From assembly GCA_965226495.1 (NCBI GenBank), contig OZ245365.1, forward strand, positions 1,248,001 to 1,312,000: a DNA stretch of 64,000 nt. The letters are read 5' to 3'. Under the pieces are notes generated by a model that was given only the letters and a program-made list of their open reading frames with translations, made no database searches and was not told where the DNA came from. Shown here piece after piece: positions 18,052 to 26,017 of the stretch. Numbering within the stretch: position 1 is the first letter of the stretch; each line of letters opens with the position of its first letter. Source of the stretch: Candidatus Marinacidobacterales bacterium. Its GTDB lineage: Bacteria; Acidobacteriota; Vicinamibacteria; Marinacidobacterales; DATDRI01. The position numbers were made by a program, and so were the translations under genes.

Positions 18052-20733
18052 TCATTCCGTTGGGACGAGCCGCTTCAGCTCTTCGAACCAATTCTGCACC
18101 AGCGTGATTTCAGTCGGCCGAAAGGGATCGACCGGCTCGACTATCAAGAAACGCCGTCCGTCGAGGGAAACGTCGTAGTTGGCGTTCAAGTCGCTAAAGT
18201 ATCTTCCCGCACTCGCTTTCTGGAAGAGCAACGAGGTGGCCCCCGGCCGGAACGTCGGCTGCGTTTCAACGGCAACAGCCATCATCCGGTTGCCGTTGCG
18301 ATAGAAAAGTTCTTTTCCATTCCTCGACCACACCGGCTCCGTCCCTCCTTCGGACGAAATCTGATGTTTCTCGGTGCCGTTCAAGGCCCGGACGTAAACC
18401 TCAGAGCGTCCCGTCTCGTCGGAAACGTAGGCCAACCATTCTCCATCGGGTGAGAACATGGCGTGTGTCTCCTCGAAGGGCGTCGCCTGAAAAGGAATCG
18501 GCTGCTTGTCGTCTTCGAGCTGCAGTATCCAGATGTCTCGCCCGGTTTCGAGACTTCGCTCGATATACGCTAACCGATTCCCGTCAAGAGACCAGGACGT
18601 GGGGAACTGAGTAAACCAGGACGTGAGGGACTGGGTCAGCTCGCTCTCGAGAAGTCGTTCCCTCCTGCCGCTCCCATCCATGAACAGGAGGTGGAGAGTA
18701 GGGGGGCGGCCGACGGCGTGAAAACCTATCGCGACGGCTCGGCCATCTGGACGCCACACCGGTATGAGGTTCTCGTTGTCGAAGCTCTGGCGCGTCAACG
18801 TGCCTCGCGCCAGGTCTAGAAGCCAAACGTGGTCGTTCGCCCCCTGAATTGCGACCGCAACCCGGCTGCCGTCCGGCGAAAGGCTTGGCTGGGTGTAACG
18901 TCTTGCCGGCGCGGGAAGCACTTCCGAAACACCTTTACGGTCGACCCAGGCCAGGTTCGAGTCCACGGACGTTTCGCCGCCACGAACGTAGACGAGCGAG
19001 CCATTTCTAGAAAAATCGAACTTCACGCCGTCTTCCCGCGTCCAGGTGATGTCGTCCACTACCCGTACGGCCGGTCCGGTCAGCTCCAGGGAGGAGAGAT
19101 CAAAAGGCGCTGCTAATATCGTCCCCTCACGTCCATAAACCAGATGACCGGACGGCGCGTAGCGAGCAAAAGGGGCGCCGTCGACGAGGACTTTGAAGCT
19201 TCCGGCGTCGAGTGACAAGACCGCTATCTTGGCCTCGGCGTTCGATTTTCCGGGGAGCTCGATCGAGAACAGCACATCGCGCTCGCCGGGGAGGAACGAG
19301 GGCAGCAAATGACCGGCTTCGTCGCGATCGGCGTCGGGCGTCGTCAAGACCTCGATCGGCCCACCGTTCGCTGCGACCCGTGCAAGGCCCCCGCCGGGTA
19401 TCGGTGCATAGATGATCGTGCCGTCCTGACTCCAGGCCCCGCCCTGACCATGCTCGGCGTCGGCGAGCACCTGCGGGTTTCCCCCCGCGACGGAAATCTT
19501 CTTCAACTTTTGTCCGCTGAAGAAGCCGACCCATTGCCCATCCGGTGAGAAGAATGGGCGGTGTGCCCCCTGAGTGCCGGCGAGCGCAACGGCCTCGGGC
19601 CGTTCCAGAGCCCGGACGTGAAGGAGAATCTCCCCATTCGTTTCCGCGGTGTACGCAACGTGAGTCCCGTCCGGCGAGATGGCGAGAATGGCAGCTCCGA
19701 CCTTGCCCGATTCGAGATACTCCGCGGGGGCGACCGGGATGGACGACCTCACGACGGGTCGGGAGTCCTCGTTCGCGGAACGAAATAAAAACCAGAACAA
19801 AGCTGCCGTCACCGAAGCACCCAGGAGCGCACCGAGGCCCAGAGTCGACATGCTCGAACGTGCCGGCGTTTTGTGGCGGCTCGTCTCGTCCTCGGGCAGC
19901 TCTATGAGCTCGATGCGAGCATCTCCAATATCACGGAGCCTCTGCCTTCGGTCCTTCGTGAGACATCTACGGATCATCCTTTGAACGGCCGCCGGTGTAT
20001 CGGAGGGAAGTTTCTCGAGCTCCGGCTCGGCCCGAACCACCGCGGCGAGAATGTCCGTTATGTTCTCGCCATCGAATGGCCGCTTTGCGTTCAGCGTTTC
20101 ATAGAGACAGCATCCGAACGCCCAGACATCGGTTCGTTTGTCGACGGGCTTGCCGCGTGCTTGCTCGGGCGACATGTAAGACGCCGTCCCCATGATGGCA
20201 CCGAGCGCGGTACCTCTGGTCAGTGTTGGAGACTGCGACGTTTCCGCGGAAACGTCGTCCTCGGGAAGGAAAGCCTTCGCGAGGCCGAAGTCGAGAATCT
20301 TGACATTGTTGTCCGGCGTGATCTTGATGTTCGCGGGCTTGAGATCGCGGTGGATGATGCCCTTCTCATGAGCTGCCTCGAGACCCTCGGCGATCTGTAT
20401 AAATAAAGGTAGCGCTTCGTCGACCGAAATCGGGCCGCGTGCGATCTGCTCCGCAAGCGTCTCACCTTCGACGAGCTCCATCACTAAGAATGGCTTGCCG
20501 GCGTCTTCTTCCAATCCATAAAGCGTCGCGATACCGGGATGATTCAGTGACGCGAGGAGCTTTGCTTCACGTTCAAAACGAGCGAGACGTTCTTTGTCTT
20601 GGGAGAGTGCTTCCGGAAGGACCTTGATCGCGACTTCACGACCGAGCTTGGTGTCGCGGGCGCGATACACCTCGCCCATCCCGCCGGCCCCGATAAGTTC
20701 GAGGACTTCGTAAGCGCCGAGTTTCTTGTTCAT
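18052..20733 (-). CDS. Hanks-type Ser/Thr kinase with TM helix and TolB-like (PD40) beta-propeller
   Basis: IGAGGMGEVY, VAIK, HRDLKPAN, DFG, GTASYMSPEQ, a TM segment and repeated SPDG motifs. Confidence 0.93.
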   Translation of the reverse strand: MNKKLGAYEVLELIGAGGMGEVYRARDTKLGREVAIKVLPEALSQDKERLARFEREAKLLASLNHPGIATLYGLEEDAGKPFLVMELVEGETLAEQIARGPISVDEALPLFIQIAEGLEAAHEKGIIHRDLKPANIKITPDNNVKILDFGLAKAFLPEDDVSAETSQSPTLTRGTALGAIMGTASYMSPEQARGKPVDKRTDVWAFGCCLYETLNAKRPFDGENITDILAAVVRAEPELEKLPSDTPAAVQRMIRRCLTKDRRQRLRDIGDARIELIELPEDETSRHKTPARSSMSTLGLGALLGASVTAALFWFLFRSANEDSRPVVRSSIPVAPAEYLESGKVGAAILAISPDGTHVAYTAETNGEILLHVRALERPEAVALAGTQGAHRPFFSPDGQWVGFFSGQKLKKISVAGGNPQVLADAEHGQGGAWSQDGTIIYAPIPGGGLARVAANGGPIEVLTTPDADRDEAGHLLPSFLPGERDVLFSIELPGKSNAEAKIAVLSLDAGSFKVLVDGAPFARYAPSGHLVYGREGTILAAPFDLSSLELTGPAVRVVDDITWTREDGVKFDFSRNGSLVYVRGGETSVDSNLAWVDRKGVSEVLPAPARRYTQPSLSPDGSRVAVAIQGANDHVWLLDLARGTLTRQSFDNENLIPVWRPDGRAVAIGFHAVGRPPTLHLLFMDGSGRRERLLESELTQSLTSWFTQFPTSWSLDGNRLAYIERSLETGRDIWILQLEDDKQPIPFQATPFEETHAMFSPDGEWLAYVSDETGRSEVYVRALNGTEKHQISSEGGTEPVWSRNGKELFYRNGNRMMAVAVETQPTFRPGATSLLFQKASAGRYFSDLNANYDVSLDGRRFLIVEPVDPFRPTEITLVQNWFEELKRLVPTE

Positions 20734-20760
20734 GGGCTCAGGCGGTTTCGGAGTATTGGA

Positions 20761-20796
20761 CCCCTCACCCCATCCCCGGAAACGGGGAGAGGGTGA
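20761..20796. repeat. Short intergenic hairpin of the CCCCTCACCC...GGGGAGAGGG type
   Basis: cccctcaccccatccccggaaacggggagagggtga, with stems tcaccc/gggtga and tcccc/gggga. A looser relative occurs at ~53571-53601. Confidence 0.4.
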
Positions 20797-20828
20797 CTTT
20801 CCCAGGCGCAAGTTCCACGATTATATAG

Positions 20829-20850
20829 CAACTTGGTCTAGACCGAGTTG
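20829..20850. repeat. Second copy of the REP-like palindrome core
   Basis: caacttggtctagaccgagttg matches the reconstructed IS target core acttggtctggaccgagt at 17 of 18 nt. Confidence 0.8.
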
Positions 20851-20874
20851 GAGGGTCTGCGAACATTTCCACAT

Positions 20875-22290
20875 TCAAGAGTCAAGCGCTTCCTTATTAA
20901 AGAAAGGCTCCACTTTCTCGGGTGGGGTTGGTTCGGTGAGAAGCGAGACAATGACGAGGGCGGTCACCGAAAGAGTGATGGCCGGGATGACGGCTTTCAC
21001 CGAGCCCGTGTAGAGGAGATTCCACAGCAGTGTCGTCGTCGTACCGGTGGCGATCGATGCGACCGCACCGGCACCTGTGGCTCGCCTCCAAAAAAACGTC
21101 GCGATCAGGGCTGGAGCGATCGATGTCCCCCATATCGTATACGCCAAGAGCGCAACGGATAAGAACCTATCCGATAGCGTCGACAAGAAATACGCCACTA
21201 GCCCCAGAAGGATTGTCGCCATTCTCAAGCGAACGACCAACATCTGGCCGGTCGCCTGCGGATTGAAAAATCTTTGGTAGATATCCCGCACCAAGGTCGT
21301 AGCCGGTACTAGCAAGCAGCTCGTTGCGGTCGACAAGACGATGGCCATCACGGTGGTGAGCATGAGAGCGCCGAGGCCCACCGGCAAGAAATCGCGGGCT
21401 GCGTAGGGGATGACCCGGCCGGGAATATCCATTTCGGGAATCAGCGAGGAGCCGACCCACGCGTTCAAGATGATCATCGCCTCCAAGAAGGTCACACCCA
21501 AGGCGGTCCAAAGCGCCGCCTTCTTCGCGACGAGCGCCGTTCGAGCCGAGAAAAATCTCTGGTAGAGATTCGCCTCGGCCAAGATGAGAAGGCCGGTGGG
21601 GAGCGACAAGCCGATGGCTTCTACGAATCCGATGGGACCGATGAGTTGGAAGTGCGACGGCTCCAGGACTTCGCGCATCCCTTCGATGCCGCCAGCTCGC
21701 ATGAACAACATGACGAATGTGATCGACATGCCGGCGATCATCGTGATGCCGGAGACGACACCGATGTGGGCAACGGAGACCATGCCTCCAAACGTCGTGT
21801 AGAGCACGATGAAGATCGCGGTCAAGACGACCGCCGGTTGGTAGGGAAGCTCAGGAAGGGCGAGGTTCAAGACGGCTCCCGCCGCCCGGAACTGATAAGA
21901 AAGGATCGTGCTGTAGGCCATGAGGAGCGCGAGAGTTCCGAAGAGTCGGGCAGTCAAGTTGTACCGGCGTTCTAGCAAGTCGGGAATCGTAATCTGCCGG
22001 AGCGCCCGTGCCCGGCCGGCTACCAGGCTCAGAAAAAAGATAGACATGATGGACGCGACCGGAAGAATCCAAGCCGCGAGGCCGACTTCGTACGTCTTTT
22101 CGGAGTTCCCGAAGAAGCTCCCGCTCCCGATCCAGGTCGCGATCATGGTGAAGGAGAGAACGAAGGTTCCCAGGCTTCGGCCGGCGACCGAGAAATCTTC
22201 TTGAGTGGAGACACCGCGGCTTCCACGCACGGCGACGAGGACGAGCAGAAGGAAGTAGCTGGCGATGGCCCAGAGGTAAACGTTGCTCAC
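20875..22290 (-). CDS. Sodium:solute symporter (SSS) family
   Basis: About 13 TM helices, DFSVAGRSLG, ATWIGSG, TIPDLLERRY and YQRFFSA. Confidence 0.92.
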   Translation of the reverse strand: MSNVYLWAIASYFLLLVLVAVRGSRGVSTQEDFSVAGRSLGTFVLSFTMIATWIGSGSFFGNSEKTYEVGLAAWILPVASIMSIFFLSLVAGRARALRQITIPDLLERRYNLTARLFGTLALLMAYSTILSYQFRAAGAVLNLALPELPYQPAVVLTAIFIVLYTTFGGMVSVAHIGVVSGITMIAGMSITFVMLFMRAGGIEGMREVLEPSHFQLIGPIGFVEAIGLSLPTGLLILAEANLYQRFFSARTALVAKKAALWTALGVTFLEAMIILNAWVGSSLIPEMDIPGRVIPYAARDFLPVGLGALMLTTVMAIVLSTATSCLLVPATTLVRDIYQRFFNPQATGQMLVVRLRMATILLGLVAYFLSTLSDRFLSVALLAYTIWGTSIAPALIATFFWRRATGAGAVASIATGTTTTLLWNLLYTGSVKAVIPAITLSVTALVIVSLLTEPTPPEKVEPFFNKEALDS

Positions 22291-22340
22291 GCGGTTGTTC
22301 CTAGCACAGCTCTTGAAGGAGTTTCCACTGACGTATCGGG

Positions 22341-24536
22341 CTAGCGAAAACTCCGGCCCAGAGAAAACACCAACCTAGCCGAGCCGTCGTCGCCCACCGC
22401 TATCACCGCCGCCACGAGCCCAACGCCGGTCTCCATCAGCAGGCCACCGCTATAGCTGCTCCGCATATCGGCGTCATCGAAATCGTCGAACGCGCTCCCG
22501 AACTCCGCCAGTCCCGTCACATAAACCGCTGCGCCGACGAAATCAGGAAGCCGAGAGATTTGCTTCAAGTAAGCCACGCTTCCGAGAAGGAATTTATCTC
22601 CGCGAAACTCATCGTTGTCATACGCGGTCAGCTGGAGCGGCCCGCCCAGCGTGAAGTCATAGAGGGTCGGGATCGGTCGATTGAATGAAGTCCCGCCGGC
22701 TGCGACGAAAGCGATGCGATGCGTCTTGGCAATCGGCCAGAAGACTGACCCCCTCGCTTCCGACGAGCCGAAATCGGTCGTTGCTGTAGGCGCGTCCCGG
22801 AACCACCGGGTGTTTGAAAGAATGCGAAGACCTCGCGTGGGGATGAGCGCGCGATCCTGCCCTTCATAGAGCCAGCGGAGCCGCACCCGCTCTTCCTTTC
22901 CCTGAACTTCCTGAAAGATGGGAGCTCCGACGCGGCGGTTGAAATTCACTTCTCCGATGTCGTAGCCGAGACGAATCTCATTGTCCAAGCCGAGGGCGAG
23001 CCCAATATCCGCGCCCGCGGAGGTCCGCACCGTCGTATAGGTCGCGACGAGCTCTTCCTCTTGAAAGAAGTTGTCGGAGGTTCGGAACAGCATTCCACGC
23101 GGGGCAACGAACACGCGAGTGTTCCCGAGCGGTCGATAGTACTCAGCCGCTAGGCCGAGTGTGGTACCTAGCGCTCCATCTATCCTTACTTCCGCGCCAT
23201 AGCGGCCGACGTCGTAGGCGGTGAACCTGGCCCCGAAATCGAAAAGAATCTCTTCGGCTTGATTCGAAAGCCCTAGCGAGAAGTTGAGGAAAGGTGGTCC
23301 ATGATCTTTCTCCTTGATCCGAACGAGGAGTCCTTTTTCTTCATCTTGTTGCGTCGTCTCGTAGCTCAGGCTCTCGTAACGGTTGGTCCCGGTCAGTGCG
23401 GTGAGGGCGAAATCAAGGTCGTCGGTCGCGAGTGGCGTTCCGATGAAATCCTGAAGCCGCCGGCTGATCGCCTCTCTGTCTTCGGGGCCGGCGCCGACCA
23501 CCTCGACGAACTCGGGTGTGAGATTGCGTGAACGTTCGCGCGCGCGTATCTCTTCGAGGTGCGCTTGCCAGTCTTCCTCGCTCAGTGCTAGCGTCATCAG
23601 CTCGGAGGCATGTTCGGCTGCGGCTGCGGCACCACGGTCGGCAATCGCGTCACTCTTTCGCCAGTCGGTGGAGCCGACACTTTGAAGATCCGGCCGGATG
23701 ATGATGTCCGCGTCGTTCAACCCGTGAGTGGCACCATGCTGGATCATCACCGTGAGGGATTGGGACGCTTGATCCAAAGCGGAGCGGAGCTGGTCGCGAT
23801 TCTTCAAGGCCTCGCCGACATCCACCGCGATCACGACATCGGCACCCATCGCTCGCACGATATCGCCCGGGACATTATTTAATAGCCCACCGTCGACCAA
23901 GAGCCGTCCTTGCCAGTCGACTGGCGCGAAGACGCCTGGAATCGCCATGGTGGCCCGCATCGCGAGGCCGAGAGAGCCATGGTCGAGCGTGACCAGCTCG
24001 CCCTCCTCCAAATCGGTCGCCATGCAACGAAAGGGAATGGGAAGCGCATCGAAGCTCGGAAGCGTCGAATAGGGTAAGGCGATCCGGCTTAGCATCAATC
24101 CGACGAAGTGCCCGGAGTCCAGGCTGCTCGGCAAGCTGAACCCATGGCGCAAGCCGAGCTCGAGCTTGACCTGATATTGCCGGCTGTCTTGCTTACGGCG
24201 AAACTCCTTGAGTGAATAGGGTGCCCCCCCGGAGAAGATGAGATCCCAATCGGCGTTGTGCAAGAGTTCTCGAATGTCCGCCGCGGTCATACCGCTGGCG
24301 TAGCTGCCTCCGATGAGCCCACCCATGCTCGTGCCCGCGATGTAGTCGACCGGGATGCGGTTCTCCTCGAGCCATTCTAGGACCCCGACGTGGGCGATGC
24401 CGCGAGCGCTGCCTCCTCCGAGAGCGAGCCCGACGCGCTTTCGTTCTGGGGGATCAGTCTGGGCGGTCGCGATCCCGCAGACAAATAGCAGTAGGGCTGA
24501 GACCGAGGCACGTTTCGTTGCGGTGAGAGCGGTCAT
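22341..24536 (-). CDS. Patatin-like phospholipase with POTRA-like and C-terminal beta-barrel domains (PlpD-like)
   Basis: Signal peptide, LGGGSARG, GTSMG nucleophile motif, DGG motif and barrel-type C-terminus FSLGRSF. Confidence 0.88.
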   Translation of the reverse strand: MTALTATKRASVSALLLFVCGIATAQTDPPERKRVGLALGGGSARGIAHVGVLEWLEENRIPVDYIAGTSMGGLIGGSYASGMTAADIRELLHNADWDLIFSGGAPYSLKEFRRKQDSRQYQVKLELGLRHGFSLPSSLDSGHFVGLMLSRIALPYSTLPSFDALPIPFRCMATDLEEGELVTLDHGSLGLAMRATMAIPGVFAPVDWQGRLLVDGGLLNNVPGDIVRAMGADVVIAVDVGEALKNRDQLRSALDQASQSLTVMIQHGATHGLNDADIIIRPDLQSVGSTDWRKSDAIADRGAAAAAEHASELMTLALSEEDWQAHLEEIRARERSRNLTPEFVEVVGAGPEDREAISRRLQDFIGTPLATDDLDFALTALTGTNRYESLSYETTQQDEEKGLLVRIKEKDHGPPFLNFSLGLSNQAEEILFDFGARFTAYDVGRYGAEVRIDGALGTTLGLAAEYYRPLGNTRVFVAPRGMLFRTSDNFFQEEELVATYTTVRTSAGADIGLALGLDNEIRLGYDIGEVNFNRRVGAPIFQEVQGKEERVRLRWLYEGQDRALIPTRGLRILSNTRWFRDAPTATTDFGSSEARGSVFWPIAKTHRIAFVAAGGTSFNRPIPTLYDFTLGGPLQLTAYDNDEFRGDKFLLGSVAYLKQISRLPDFVGAAVYVTGLAEFGSAFDDFDDADMRSSYSGGLLMETGVGLVAAVIAVGDDGSARLVFSLGRSFR

Positions 24537-24790
24537 GAGAGTGCGCCATACTACCTGGAACGTCTGAAAAAAACTAGGTGGCGTCCCAAAATGGTCCGAG
24601 CATTCCCTTTGTTTGCAGCAAGATAGGACCCCTAACAGGAGAGCGGCCCGCCGAAAATTTCCCTTAACCTATTGATAGATAGGGTCTTACGGGTGCGCGA
24701 AACTTGACAAACAGGCTACTTTCACTTAACTTATACATATAGGCCGAGTTAAGAAATCCTGAAAAAAACTGGGTGCTGGAGGTGTCCGCT

Positions 24791-26017
24791 ATGACGGAAA
24801 CGTTGACTTCGACTCTAACGCAAGACATAAGGGAGGTCGGATCGCCCGACGTCGAACTTTCCATCGAAGAGCTCGATCTCAAACTCGAGCGGATCGTGCG
24901 AGTGCACGAGGGCTCGGAGAGGCTTATTTGCGAATACCTGATCGCCATGCGCGAGCGACGCGGGTACGAGAAATTCGGGTTCGTCGACATTTATTACTAT
25001 GCGGAAGAGCGCTTCGGCTTCTCTCCGCGCAAGACTCGTTATCTTCTTCAGCTGGGTCAGAACCTCGAGAGACTTCCGCAGCTCAAGAAGGCACTAGAGG
25101 AAGGGAGGCTCGGTTGGACCAAGGCGAGCCGTGTCGCACGGGTCGCCACGAGCGAGGACGAAGCGATGTGGCTCGACTCGGCGCTTTCCCTATCGGTCCG
25201 CGAACTCGATCGGAAGATCGAGGGGGAAAGGGACGCGGCAGGGGTCAAGGTCCGAGCGTGGCTGACGCAAGATCAAGCGGTGGTGTTTGACCACGCCGTC
25301 GAGGTCTGCCGCCGCGTAGCGGGAGCCGATATTGATATCGCCCGCTGCATCGAGTTCATGGCCGCAGAGTTGATTGGGACATACGCACACCTAGGGCCGC
25401 AGCAAGAAGAAGACCGCGTCTCCGACTGCGTCGACGAGCAGCCCCCCATCTCGGACGAAGAGAGTGCGGCGGCGGAGGCGCGGATCTGCCCCGACAGCGA
25501 CGCGCTTCCCTCGCCGATCGCCGGGGGCTACGGCAAGACCTGGAGCGGCGTGTTGGAGAGGGACGACTATCGGTGCCAGTACCCTGACTGCAGTGCCCGC
25601 GCGCTTCTACAGGTGCACCACATCCGGTTCCGGAGCCGCAGCGGGCGAAAGGGTCGTGCCGAAAGCAACTCGCCCCCGAATCTGATCTCGGTCTGCGTTT
25701 TTCATCATCGCAGTATTCATGCCGCGACGATCGGCCTGAAGGGTCGGGCTCCCTCCGAGCTCGAGTGGCGTCGGCCGGCGCTGATGGAGAAGGCGCTGCA
25801 GCGCGGCTACGGCATGTGTGCCGAGGGCGGTTGTGGACTAGCTCGGGAGCCGGGTCCGGTGTACGTGGTCAAGGGGCGTGGACGGCGACCGGCTGCCGGC
25901 GTCAAAGTGCGGCGTCTCACGATTCAACTTCGCCGGACGCCGGTTTGGAAAACGTTTTCCAAAACCGAATCTGGGTTGAATGGTAACAGATGGCTTGCTA
26001 GCGGTGTTTTTGGATGA
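24791..26017 (+). CDS. HNH endonuclease with DUF222-like helical N-terminus
   Basis: ATG follows GGAGGT. LERLPQLKKALEEGRLGWTKA, then VLERDDYRCQYPDC...VHHI...NLISVCVFHHRSIH. The C-terminal tail is low-confidence and overlaps the convergent gene by 20 bp. Confidence 0.85.
   Translation: MTETLTSTLTQDIREVGSPDVELSIEELDLKLERIVRVHEGSERLICEYLIAMRERRGYEKFGFVDIYYYAEERFGFSPRKTRYLLQLGQNLERLPQLKKALEEGRLGWTKASRVARVATSEDEAMWLDSALSLSVRELDRKIEGERDAAGVKVRAWLTQDQAVVFDHAVEVCRRVAGADIDIARCIEFMAAELIGTYAHLGPQQEEDRVSDCVDEQPPISDEESAAAEARICPDSDALPSPIAGGYGKTWSGVLERDDYRCQYPDCSARALLQVHHIRFRSRSGRKGRAESNSPPNLISVCVFHHRSIHAATIGLKGRAPSELEWRRPALMEKALQRGYGMCAEGGCGLAREPGPVYVVKGRGRRPAAGVKVRRLTIQLRRTPVWKTFSKTESGLNGNRWLASGVFG
25944..25963. 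repeat. Perfect 20-bp palindrome TTTGGAAAACGTTTTCCAAA
   Basis: Read directly. Enclosed by a further attcaac (25922-25928) / gttgaat (25975-25981) inverted pair. Confidence 0.9.

Noticed and set aside
16122-20850. Palindromes considered as integron attC sites
   Set aside because: No RYYYAAC/GTTRRRY core arrangement with extrahelical bases, and no integrase in the window.
24791-26017. HNH gene considered as IscB/Cas9 or a group II intron protein
   Set aside because: No PLMP, RuvC or reverse-transcriptase motifs.
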